The translations under genes were made by a program, and so were the position numbers. The notes below the pieces were generated by a model that saw only the letters and a list, made by a program, of their open reading frames with translations, made no database searches and had not been told where the DNA came from. Shown piece after piece: positions 11,001-20,017 of a stretch of 64,000 nucleotides of DNA. Source of the stretch: an uncultured Gammaproteobacteria bacterium (GTDB lineage: Bacteria; Patescibacteriota; Patescibacteriia; UBA1558; UBA10009); the NCBI GenBank assembly GCA_964588165.1, contig CAZPMS010000001.1, positions 27,303-91,302 of the forward strand, written 5' to 3'. Position 1 is the first letter of the stretch, and each line of letters starts with the position of its first letter.

Positions 11001-12371
11001 ATGAATTACTTTTGGCCCAAAATTAGCAGATTTTTAACCCTTTTAGGCGATCTTTGCCTATTTTATATAAGTCTTTTAATAACCCTCTTAATCAGATACC
11101 AAACGGGTTTTGATGAAGGAATTTGGGATCTTCATTGGCCTATCTTTTCTGGGCTGTTAGTTTTATGGTTGATAATCTTTTATTCTTTTAACTTGTACGA
11201 ATTAACTTTCAGTAAAAGAAATTTTGATTTTTTAAATAACTACTTTAAAGCTACTATTCTAAATACGGCTCTAGGAATTATTTATTTCTATATTCTTTCG
11301 CCAAAAACAGATATTTCTCCAAAAACAAATCTGATAATTTTGGTAGTAATTTTTTCTGTATTTTATCTGGTTTGGCACAAATTACTTTCTAAATTAACTA
11401 AAAACGAAAAATTTTATCAAAACCTTTTATTTATCGGTTATCAGCCTTTAATAAAAGAATTGCTGCCTAAATCAACTTCCAATAGACGCTTTGGCTTTAT
11501 CTTTAAAGGTTTAGTAGCAGATAATGAAACAAGCGATCTTAGAGACTTAAAACTGAAAAAATATGATATATCACAGCTTAATAAAGTAATTAAGAATGAA
11601 AAAATAGATCTTTTGGTAATTAATGAGCCAGACAACCAAAAAATAATTAATTTACTTTTTCAGGCAATCCCACTTAGAGTTAATTTTATAAGCTTAACAA
11701 ACTTTTACGAAAGAATAACAAACCGTATTCCTTTAAAAAATATCAGCAGGGGTTGGTTTTTAGAAAATTTTTCTGAAGGCAATAAAAGTTTTTTTGAATT
11801 CTTTAAAAGATTTATTGATTTATCTTTCTCAATTATTTTTGGAGTTATTTCCTTTTTCCTTATTCCATTTATAATTATTTTTATTAAATCCGATAGCAAA
11901 GGAAAAATTATTTTTAAACAAAAACGTGTAGGCAAAGACGGTAAAACTTTTATGGCCATGAAATTTAGAAGCATGTATGAAAATGCAGAAAAAAACGGGG
12001 CAGTTTGGGCTAAACAAGATGATCCGCGCATTACCAAAATTGGCAAGTTCTTAAGAAAAACCAGGCTAGATGAAATACCTCAACTTTGGAATATACTAAA
12101 AGGCGAAATGAGTTTTGTCGGCCCCCGCCCGGAAAGGCCTGAATTTATCGCCAAGCTAAAAGTAGAAATTCCTTTTTATAATGAACGCTTATTGGTTAAG
12201 CCGGGCTTAACAGGCTGGGCCCAAATTAACTTCCCTTACGCAGATTCAGTTGAGTCTACTCTCAAAAAACTTCAGTATGATCTCTACTACATTAAACATC
12301 GCTCGCTTATTTTAGACCTAAGTATTATTTTAAAAACTTTAAATATTATCTTAAAGCGAGGCGGTAGATAA
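11001..12371 (+). CDS. Undecaprenyl-phosphate sugar phosphotransferase (WbaP/EpsB-type priming enzyme)
   Basis: N-terminal TM bundle, C-terminal Bac_transf domain: KRVGKDGKTFMAMKFRSM, DEIPQLWNILKGEMSFVGPRPERPEF. Confidence 0.85.
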   Translation: MNYFWPKISRFLTLLGDLCLFYISLLITLLIRYQTGFDEGIWDLHWPIFSGLLVLWLIIFYSFNLYELTFSKRNFDFLNNYFKATILNTALGIIYFYILSPKTDISPKTNLIILVVIFSVFYLVWHKLLSKLTKNEKFYQNLLFIGYQPLIKELLPKSTSNRRFGFIFKGLVADNETSDLRDLKLKKYDISQLNKVIKNEKIDLLVINEPDNQKIINLLFQAIPLRVNFISLTNFYERITNRIPLKNISRGWFLENFSEGNKSFFEFFKRFIDLSFSIIFGVISFFLIPFIIIFIKSDSKGKIIFKQKRVGKDGKTFMAMKFRSMYENAEKNGAVWAKQDDPRITKIGKFLRKTRLDEIPQLWNILKGEMSFVGPRPERPEFIAKLKVEIPFYNERLLVKPGLTGWAQINFPYADSVESTLKKLQYDLYYIKHRSLILDLSIILKTLNIILKRGGR

Positions 12372-12427
12372 TTGATATTTAATGACTGATTATTAATGAT
12401 TAATGATTGATGAATAATTAATATTTT

Positions 12428-13390
12428 ATGAAGACAATATTACTAACTGGGGGTGCAGGATTTATAGGTTTCCATACAGCCAAAAAACTTCTGCAAAAAC
12501 GATATAAGGTTATTTTAATTGATAATTTAAATGATTATTATTCTCCTAAATTAAAAAAAGACAGGTTAAAACAAATTGAGTCTGAAGAAAATTTAAAAAT
12601 CCATAAAATAGACATCGCCAATCTTGATAATCTAAAAAAACTTTTTAAAGAAAATGAGGTAGAAATTATTTGCCATTTAGCTGCACAGCCCGGAGTTAGA
12701 TACTCTTTTGAAAACCCGGAAGCTTACCATCAATCAAATGTTAAAGGAACTTTTAACTTATTGGAATTGGCCAGAGAATACAAAATTAAAAAGTTTGTTT
12801 TTGCTTCCAGCTCTTCTGTTTACGGCAATAGCCAAAATGAGGCTTTTTTAGAAACTGATAATACAGATAAGCCAATTTCATTGTATGCAGCCACTAAAAA
12901 GGCCGGTGAGCTTCTGATTCATTATTATCATGATGCTTTTGGTTTAAATGTTATTGCCCTAAGGTTTTTTACAGTTTATGGCCCCTGGGGCCGGCCGGAT
13001 ATGGCTTACTACAAATTCAGCAAGTCAATTTTAGACGGTAAAACAATAGACGTTTATAATAAAGGCAGGCACCAACGGGATTTTACTTATATAGATGATA
13101 TTGTTGAAGGCATTATTAAATCTATTGAGTTTGAACAAAATGACCCTTACTTTGAAGTAGTTAATTTAGGCAACTCTAAGCCTGTTGAGCTGGAATACTT
13201 TATAGGAACTTTAGAAAAATTTTTGAGTAAAAAAGCTGATAAAAATTATTTGCCTATGCAGCCCGGTGATGTTTTAAAAACCTCCGCCAATATTGATAAA
13301 GCAAAAAGGCTGCTCAATTGGCAGCCCACTACTTCTATAGAACAAGGTTTAAAAAAATTTGTAGCTTGGTTTAAGGAATATAATAAATAA
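12428..13390 (+). CDS. NAD-dependent nucleotide-sugar epimerase (UDP-glucuronate 4-epimerase, CapI/Cap1J-like)
   Basis: [11 protein letters not shown], YxxxK (YAATKKAGE), 320 aa; co-occurs with ugd. Confidence 0.75.
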   Translation: MKTILLTGGAGFIGFHTAKKLLQKRYKVILIDNLNDYYSPKLKKDRLKQIESEENLKIHKIDIANLDNLKKLFKENEVEIICHLAAQPGVRYSFENPEAYHQSNVKGTFNLLELAREYKIKKFVFASSSSVYGNSQNEAFLETDNTDKPISLYAATKKAGELLIHYYHDAFGLNVIALRFFTVYGPWGRPDMAYYKFSKSILDGKTIDVYNKGRHQRDFTYIDDIVEGIIKSIEFEQNDPYFEVVNLGNSKPVELEYFIGTLEKFLSKKADKNYLPMQPGDVLKTSANIDKAKRLLNWQPTTSIEQGLKKFVAWFKEYNK

Positions 13391-13391
13391 A

Positions 13392-14090
13392 TTATTTTTT
13401 CTTTAATAAAAACCTAGCCAATTCCAGATCAAAGTTATCATTAATATCTACAGATTTTTCGGCCGGCATAATATAAGGCACAGTCTTTTTACCAAAGAGG
13501 CTGTTTTTTAACAACACCGAACGCTTAGTTAAATACAAGCCGCCGTTCCGTTTAAACATTTTTGGGTAATCCTGCCTGCGCATGCCTTCTTTCTCTTTAG
13601 AAACGTAATCTTTTAACAGGCCGTTCTTAATTACTTTTAATTTCGCCGGATGGAAATCAGATAATTCATATACACTTGTTACCGAATCTGCCTTATGTTT
13701 GGCAGCAAGTTTGATAGATTCATCAATATTTTTACCTGATAAAAAAGGATTTGTTGGCTGCAGACAGATGATATAATCGTATTTAGTTTTGTTTAGTTTT
13801 TCCATTTCTTTTAGCCCATGAACTAAAACATCAATTGATTTTGCAGTATTAGATGCCAATTTTTTAGGCCTAATAAAAGGCACCTTGGCTTTATATTGTT
13901 CGGCAACCTTTTTAATCTTAATATCATCCGTAGAGACAATTACCTCATCAGTAAGCTTACTGGCTAAGGCAGCTTTAATTATATAAGAAATTAACGGCTG
14001 GCCGTTTACTTTAACAATATTTTTATAAGGAATGCTTTTTGAGCCTCCTCTGGCCGTAATAATGGCTAAAATTTTTTTATTTTTTATCAT
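13392..14090 (-). CDS. Acylneuraminate/nonulosonate cytidylyltransferase (CMP-NulO synthetase, CTP_transf_3)
   Basis: ILAIITARGGSKSIPYKNI N-terminus typical of NeuA/LegF/PseF. Confidence 0.85.
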   Translation of the reverse strand: MIKNKKILAIITARGGSKSIPYKNIVKVNGQPLISYIIKAALASKLTDEVIVSTDDIKIKKVAEQYKAKVPFIRPKKLASNTAKSIDVLVHGLKEMEKLNKTKYDYIICLQPTNPFLSGKNIDESIKLAAKHKADSVTSVYELSDFHPAKLKVIKNGLLKDYVSKEKEGMRRQDYPKMFKRNGGLYLTKRSVLLKNSLFGKKTVPYIMPAEKSVDINDNFDLELARFLLKKK

Positions 14091-15234
14091 AAAAACTTTT
14101 CTGAGTGTATAAATTTATATTTTCTAAAATATTAATTATTTTTTCACTAGTATTTAGTTGGTAAAAATAATTATCCTGTTCATATTTGCCATGTTCAACC
14201 TGAAAATCAATGCCTGCTTTAATCTCATCTGCTAAATAATTAACCTGTTTAACATTTTTACCTTGGTAGCGATTATTCTGCCTATTACCCACTAAAATAT
14301 AAGGAGTTCCCAGATAAGAACATTCTTTTATGCCGGCTGATGAATTACCAATTAAACACGTAGTTCTTTTTAATAAATTCAAAAATTGTTCGGCTGGTAA
14401 GTGGCCAATAAATCTGATATTTTGCGGGCTATTTTCTTTAATGTAATCTTTAATAGACAGGGTAACATCATTGTTGCCGGCATCAATATTTGGGGCAAAC
14501 CAGAGAGTGGGCATATTTTTATTATCAACTGCTTTAAGAATTTCTTTAACATGTTTATAATTATCTTCTTCTGAAGTAACAGGATGCTGCATAACCATTA
14601 GAAAAGGTTTAACTACATCAACTTCTGCTCCTTTGCCGTTTTTATTAACAAATGAAAAGTCAGTAATCTCTGATAGATAATTTAGGTATTCAATATCTAA
14701 AGAACCAACATTAGAAACATAGTTTGGATTCTCGCCCATAGCTAAAACCCTTTGTTTGGATTTTTCGTTAGTTACAAAATGAATATGGGACAGTTTAGTA
14801 ATGGCATGCCGTACACTTTCATCAATATTGCCGGAAACATCACCGCCTTCTATATGGACGATAGTTTTATTCATATAAGCTGCCACAATAGCAGCTGCCA
14901 GCATTTCGTACCTATCCCCTCTTACCACCACAAATTTTGGATTTAGTTTTTGAATAGCTTTAGAAAGTTTTAAAATTATTTTGCCGGTTATCTGGGACAT
15001 GGCCAAATTATCGCCCTTGCCAATATTAACTACCAACTGTTTATTTACTTTAAAACCTTCATCGGCCAGTTCTTTTAAAACATTGCCGTGCTTTTCCATT
15101 AAAGCCGATCCGCCAATTACCAACTGCAGTTTTAAATTATAATTTGGCAGCAATAATTTTAACAGGTGTTTGCATCTGGCAAAATGCACCCGGCTGGTTA
15201 TTACAAAACAGATTTTTTTAGGATTATTTTTCAT
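14077..15234 (-). CDS. UDP-N-acetylglucosamine 2-epimerase, hydrolysing (NeuC/LegG family)
   Basis: HIEGGDVSGNIDESVRHAITKLSHIHF core motif of non-reversible 2-epimerases. Confidence 0.85.
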   Translation of the reverse strand: MKNNPKKICFVITSRVHFARCKHLLKLLLPNYNLKLQLVIGGSALMEKHGNVLKELADEGFKVNKQLVVNIGKGDNLAMSQITGKIILKLSKAIQKLNPKFVVVRGDRYEMLAAAIVAAYMNKTIVHIEGGDVSGNIDESVRHAITKLSHIHFVTNEKSKQRVLAMGENPNYVSNVGSLDIEYLNYLSEITDFSFVNKNGKGAEVDVVKPFLMVMQHPVTSEEDNYKHVKEILKAVDNKNMPTLWFAPNIDAGNNDVTLSIKDYIKENSPQNIRFIGHLPAEQFLNLLKRTTCLIGNSSAGIKECSYLGTPYILVGNRQNNRYQGKNVKQVNYLADEIKAGIDFQVEHGKYEQDNYFYQLNTSEKIINILENINLYTQKSFYDKK

Positions 15235-15236
15235 AA

Positions 15237-16064
15237 TTATTTCCCCCAGCGGCCAATATAAAACAGCCGATTGTTTTCTTCTTCTTCAGAAAGCTGCCGA
15301 TGTTCTTCACCAAATAATGATTTATTATCTATAGCAACCTTTTTAAGCTCTTCAGGATTTTTAGCCAGCTCAATAATTTTTTTTAAGCCATTTGTATCTA
15401 CTGAAACCGGCTGGTCTTTTGTTTGCCAGCTTCTATCCAGTATATAGTGCCTTTCCAAAAAATCAACTCCAATATGCATGGCAATGGCGCTGGCCCTAAA
15501 ATCATCACCTGCAGAATGGTCGCTGTAGCCAACTTGTGGCGCTAAGGTCCTTAACCAATTAATCCTGTTTAAATTGAATTGATCATCTTTAATTGGATAT
15601 TTAGAAACACAATGAAGCAAAGCAAAATTTTTAGCTTTAGCTTTTAAAATTTCAGTGGTTTTTATAACCTCTTCGTCATAATGCATGCCGGTTGAAACAA
15701 TAATATGTTCAAATTTTTTAGCTAAATTTTCCAAAAGTTCATAGTTAGCACATTCCGCACTTCCCACTTTAATATACTTAAGGCCCAAGCTTCCTAAAAA
15801 ATTTACTGAACCGGAATTAAAACAGGTGGTTAAAAATTCTATACCTGCTTTTTTAGCTTCAGCCATTAGCTCCATATGAGCTTCTTCGGAAAGTTCAAAC
15901 TTAGACATTTCATCAGCTTGCCCTCTGGTGTTATCTTCGGCTTTCCATGATTGGAATTTTATAAAATCGGCTCCAACTTCTTTAGCCTGATGGATCATTT
16001 CTTTAGCAATTGATAGATCACCTTTATGATTAGCACAGGCATCTGCAATAATTTTTAATTTCAT
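15237..16064 (-). CDS. NeuB-family nonulosonic acid synthase, short form without C-terminal SAF domain
   Basis: ADACANHKGDL...GADFIKFQSW TIM-barrel NeuB signature. At 275 aa it ends before the usual ~60-aa antifreeze-like SAF domain. Confidence 0.8.
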   Translation of the reverse strand: MKLKIIADACANHKGDLSIAKEMIHQAKEVGADFIKFQSWKAEDNTRGQADEMSKFELSEEAHMELMAEAKKAGIEFLTTCFNSGSVNFLGSLGLKYIKVGSAECANYELLENLAKKFEHIIVSTGMHYDEEVIKTTEILKAKAKNFALLHCVSKYPIKDDQFNLNRINWLRTLAPQVGYSDHSAGDDFRASAIAMHIGVDFLERHYILDRSWQTKDQPVSVDTNGLKKIIELAKNPEELKKVAIDNKSLFGEEHRQLSEEEENNRLFYIGRWGK

Positions 16065-16065
16065 A

Positions 16066-16764
16066 CTATTTATTCTTTCTTAAAAAGTAACATAATTTAT
16101 CGGAAAAAAATTCACTTTTTGGGTGCTTAATTTTTATTTTAGCAAAAATCCAAAATCCCGGACGTTTTCTTTCTCTATAAATTGCTTTTTCTACTTTAAA
16201 ATTCTTAAGAAGCATCATAAAAATATCTTTGGGAATAAAAGAGATATGATTATGAAGTTTACGGCGCCTGTAATCTGATTTATGATAGCCCTCTATTTTA
16301 TTTCTGAATAAAAATTTTAGCCTGCTATAAAAATTCCAGCCATTGGGCATAGAAATAATAAATAAACCGCCCGGTTTTAAAACTCTATCCACTTCACGCA
16401 GGTGATTAAAAGGATTTTCTAAATGTTCAATTAACTGGAACGAAGTAACTACCTCAAAGCTGTTATCGGCAAATGGTAATTTTTCAAAACTCAAATCCAC
16501 TTGGTAGAAAGGTTTTTGTTTTTCGTGAACCCGGTAGTCATCAATATCAACCATTTTAATTTTATTTTGCTTGAATTTTTCAGAAAGTACCTTGCCAAAT
16601 AAACCACTGCCGCAGCCCAAATCCAAAATCTCTAGATCATTAGATAGCTTGCTGATCTCTTGCCAAAATTCATCTCGGCCATAAACCCAGGAATTAAGCT
16701 TGGTTAAAGACTTTTTATATTCCTCAAAATTATCGGCTAATTCTTCTTTGCTAAAATATTTCAT
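16066..16764 (-). CDS. Class I SAM-dependent methyltransferase
   Basis: LDLGCGSGLFG motif I. Start placed at M10 (16764) so that it abuts rather than overlaps the upstream gene's stop. Confidence 0.75.
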   Translation of the reverse strand: MKYFSKEELADNFEEYKKSLTKLNSWVYGRDEFWQEISKLSNDLEILDLGCGSGLFGKVLSEKFKQNKIKMVDIDDYRVHEKQKPFYQVDLSFEKLPFADNSFEVVTSFQLIEHLENPFNHLREVDRVLKPGGLFIISMPNGWNFYSRLKFLFRNKIEGYHKSDYRRRKLHNHISFIPKDIFMMLLKNFKVEKAIYRERKRPGFWIFAKIKIKHPKSEFFSDKLCYFLRKNK

Positions 16765-17570
16765 TACTTTTTGCCTACCAAAAAATGGCACTGTGACATT
16801 AAATAATTAGTTTTGTAAGGCTGTTTTAAAAAGACTCTTCTTAAACCAACCCAAGCCTTCCAAACCTTTGTAACTTTTTTATCCCATTTTATGCTCATAG
16901 GGGCAAATAAAGGAACGGGATTGGCATTTACCGTGTAACAATCTTTAAAGCCAGCTTCCTCAGCTTTCTTTCTATAAACTGACGGTTGGTCATTATTCCT
17001 GTAATAATCACTCTGCAATTTGGCTACCGGCTGGAAGATTTTTTTGAATAATTTGTAAACTTTATTTATTTCTTGAATAGAAAATTTGCCCGGCACGTTC
17101 ATGGATATCATAAGCCCGCCCGGTTTTAAAACCCGGTATTGCTCTTTAATTATCTGCTGATAATTCTCCAGGTGTTCAAGCAGACCCATGGAAATGGTTA
17201 AATCAAAGCTATTGTCTTCAAATGGCAATTTTGCTGAATCACCCACCATAAAAGTTCCATCTTGATTATATTTTTTAAAATTATTTTTAGCCAGCTCAAT
17301 GGCTTCATCTGATAAATCCAATAAAGTCATTTTTACGCCATCATAATCAGATAAATAAAGTGAAATGGTTCCCCTGCCACAACCCAGTTCTAAACCTGAT
17401 TCAATTTTTTTATCGCCAATAAATGACCTTATTAATTTGTGGTAGTTAACAAAAGTCAGTTGACGCTGGGTTATTGGCTTAAAACCTTTGGGCACAAATA
17501 AATCAGTTTCTTCAAACTTATCTTTATCCAAGGTTTTTTGCCATTTATCTGAAAATTGCTTATTATCCAT
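16764..17570 (-). CDS. Class I SAM-dependent methyltransferase (second, distinct paralog)
   Basis: LELGCGRGTISLYL motif I. Start placed at the internal Met (M21) just after the stop of the dehydrogenase gene. Confidence 0.75.
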   Translation of the reverse strand: MDNKQFSDKWQKTLDKDKFEETDLFVPKGFKPITQRQLTFVNYHKLIRSFIGDKKIESGLELGCGRGTISLYLSDYDGVKMTLLDLSDEAIELAKNNFKKYNQDGTFMVGDSAKLPFEDNSFDLTISMGLLEHLENYQQIIKEQYRVLKPGGLMISMNVPGKFSIQEINKVYKLFKKIFQPVAKLQSDYYRNNDQPSVYRKKAEEAGFKDCYTVNANPVPLFAPMSIKWDKKVTKVWKAWVGLRRVFLKQPYKTNYLMSQCHFLVGKK

Positions 17571-18519
17571 TCTTGAAATGTTTCTTAATCTTATTAGCAA
17601 TAAACACCTCTGTTTTAGCCCATGACTCATAGGTAGCTCCGCCTAGATGATGAACCAATAATAAATTACGATTGGCTTTGGCGAATTTAACCATATGATT
17701 GCTAAGTAAATTCTTTTTAATTTTATGTTCGTTCCTAATTACATCTGTAGCAGCACCAGCCAGCCAGCCGTTTTTTAGGCCTTTTAATAATGCCTTTTCG
17801 TCAATCAACTCACCTCGGGCTGTATTAATAAACAAAGCATTGCTTTTCATCATTTTAAAATGGCGTTCCTTAACCATATCTTCAGTTTTATCTGTCAGCA
17901 AGACATGGCAGGAAAGAACATCTGACTTCTTAAATAAATCATTCATGAAAACTTGCTTAACTTTGGCCTTGGTAAATTCTGACTTTTTAAGGTGAGGATC
18001 ATAGGCTATTACTTCCATGCCAAAAGCTTTTCCGTACGTGGCAACTTTTTTACCCAATCTGCCCAGTCCTAAAATACCTAAAACCCGGCCGTTTAATTCA
18101 TAACCGGCATTAGTATCTCTTTCCCACTTACCCTTTTTAAGTGTTTCAAAACTCCAAGGGATATTTCTGATTAAAGCCAGAAGTAATCCCCAAGTAAGTT
18201 CGGCCGTAGCATGAACACCAGATAGAAATTTTGTATCACCCCTTAAGCTGGCCACAGTAACATTCTTTTTCTCAGCAGCTTTTAGATCAATATGATTCAA
18301 GCCAGTGGTATTAGTGCCTATAACTTTAAGATTAGGAAACTGATCCATAAATTTCTTATTTATCATATTTTCCAGTTTAATAACCAAAATTGTAATTTTT
18401 TTGCCAATAGCTTTATTTTTTTTATACTGGTCCCAAGTATAAACGCGGCCGATTTTTTTATAAATATCGGTGGCGGCTTTGGAATAATACTCTGGTTCGG
18501 CAATTAATGTATGTTCCAT
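17563..18519 (-). CDS. D-isomer-specific 2-hydroxyacid dehydrogenase (NAD-binding)
   Basis: GILGLGRLGKKVA Rossmann, catalytic R/E/H region (NTARGELIDEKAL...HHLGGAT). Confidence 0.8.
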   Translation of the reverse strand: MEHTLIAEPEYYSKAATDIYKKIGRVYTWDQYKKNKAIGKKITILVIKLENMINKKFMDQFPNLKVIGTNTTGLNHIDLKAAEKKNVTVASLRGDTKFLSGVHATAELTWGLLLALIRNIPWSFETLKKGKWERDTNAGYELNGRVLGILGLGRLGKKVATYGKAFGMEVIAYDPHLKKSEFTKAKVKQVFMNDLFKKSDVLSCHVLLTDKTEDMVKERHFKMMKSNALFINTARGELIDEKALLKGLKNGWLAGAATDVIRNEHKIKKNLLSNHMVKFAKANRNLLLVHHLGGATYESWAKTEVFIANKIKKHFKNG

Positions 18520-18543
18520 AAAATTATAATTATTTTATCTTAA

Positions 18544-19920
18544 TTATGATATTTTTTCTACCTCTTTGTTCACAAATTTAGCCATTCTCTCACCGGCCCG
18601 GCCGTCAAACTGGCCATATTGCTGCTTAATCATGGCCTGTCTGCCTGCTTTATCAGTTTCTGGATTTTGAATATAAAGATTGATGGTTTTTATAAGCTCA
18701 TCAAAATTGTAAGATAACTTAGTTCCTCCAGTTGAAAATAATTTAGCGTTATGAGTTTTTATATAAATCCATTCCACAAATTTACGTCCTTTAGCTGGCC
18801 TGTCATCAAAAACAATATTTATAAGCGGTAGATCAAATGCAGCTCCATCTATATTTAAAGTTGAACCGTAATTCATCATTACTTCTGCATAATAAAGTGA
18901 GTTGGCAAAATGGCGCATATCATCTTTAGTAAATTCCCAATCTTTCCTGCCCACACCCCAGTCATTTGCAGCACCCGGATTAAAATAGTTGCCGGGCTTA
19001 TCATATTTAACAACCGGATCATTTAGATTATATTGAGTCATATCTTCATCATCTGTTGGCGCGAACCTGACTAAAATCTGCATATCTTTAGGAAGCTGCC
19101 CATTAATTATCTCATTTTTTAGATCTTTAATGAGATTTTGCCAAGACCATTTTAAGGAATTAACCGGCGGACAAAACAATAAAAACTTTTTACTGGGATC
19201 AAGCCCGACTTTTTTACAAAAATCTTCCTTGCTGTCTGGCTGGTAGTTCACATAATAATCAAAGTGCGGCATACCAACCACTTCTATATCTTTATTTTTC
19301 ATGTTTGACCATTTTAAAGCTTCAGACTTTACATAATTGTTATGGACAACCAATTTATCAGGCAAAATTCTCATAATTCCACGGGTAGATAGATTATCCC
19401 AGGAATTTACCACAGCTACAGACTTTACTTGGCGTTTTTTAGCTTCCCTTAACATGGCCATATTTTCTTTGCCATAAATATGCGGGCAAAAAACTAAATC
19501 TGGTTTATATTTTTCAAAATATGGGCCAAAAAAATTATCAGACATTACTTGCAAATATTTTTTGTAATATTTTTTCCTGGCGCACGGGATAATGCTGAGA
19601 ATTCTGATGGCAATTGACTTTAATAAATATTTGAACGGATTTTTGGCGGACATCTTCTGTTTTATAAAATTGGTTTTGGAATCCAAAAATAAATAGCTTT
19701 TATTGTTAATTTTTAGAGCATCTTTATTATCGGTATGGAAATCTACCGGTTCTAAAATTAAATTTTCTTGTTTGAATTCTTCAGCATAAAACTTAGCCTT
19801 TATTTTAGGATAAAATACCACCACCCTGTGACCGGCAGCTAAAATATTTCCTAAAACTGAAGTTCTTAGAATGTTTCTGGCCACATGGCCGAAGAATATG
19901 GGAATAAAAATGGTTTTCAT
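18544..19920 (-). CDS. Uncharacterised GT-B-like (MurG/PseG-like GH-x-x-RN N-terminus) protein, paralog 1 of 3; candidate glycosyl- or nonulosonate transferase
   Basis: 458 aa. Shares conserved blocks with ORFs 19997-21394 and 32293-33669: MKT(I/L)FIP(I/V)F.G...RN, KPDLVF, (S/G)WDNL, DIEVVG.P.FDYY. Confidence 0.5.
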   Translation of the reverse strand: MKTIFIPIFFGHVARNILRTSVLGNILAAGHRVVVFYPKIKAKFYAEEFKQENLILEPVDFHTDNKDALKINNKSYLFLDSKTNFIKQKMSAKNPFKYLLKSIAIRILSIIPCARKKYYKKYLQVMSDNFFGPYFEKYKPDLVFCPHIYGKENMAMLREAKKRQVKSVAVVNSWDNLSTRGIMRILPDKLVVHNNYVKSEALKWSNMKNKDIEVVGMPHFDYYVNYQPDSKEDFCKKVGLDPSKKFLLFCPPVNSLKWSWQNLIKDLKNEIINGQLPKDMQILVRFAPTDDEDMTQYNLNDPVVKYDKPGNYFNPGAANDWGVGRKDWEFTKDDMRHFANSLYYAEVMMNYGSTLNIDGAAFDLPLINIVFDDRPAKGRKFVEWIYIKTHNAKLFSTGGTKLSYNFDELIKTINLYIQNPETDKAGRQAMIKQQYGQFDGRAGERMAKFVNKEVEKIS

Positions 19921-19923
19921 AAA

Positions 19924-20017
19924 TTCTAATAGCTACGCTGACGTCGCTGACAGACGCGAACCGCGAACTAATTTAGTCTGCGGTCAGCGGTTTGCGCTAG
20001 TTCGCGCTGTCTGCGTT
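19924..20017. repeat. GC-rich imperfect palindromic intergenic element (family C, AGCTACGCTGAC head); encodes the last ~7 codons of the downstream paralog
   Basis: agctacgctgacgtcgctgacagacgcgaaccgcgaacta...tagttcgcgctgtctgcg inverted repeat; ~60% GC within a 30% GC genome. Confidence 0.6.

Noticed and set aside
12372-12427. AT-rich reiterations (taatgattaatgattgatgaataattaat) between the priming transferase and the epimerase
   Set aside because: Simple low-complexity AT repeats typical of spacers in this genome, with no palindromic or promoter-like structure beyond chance.
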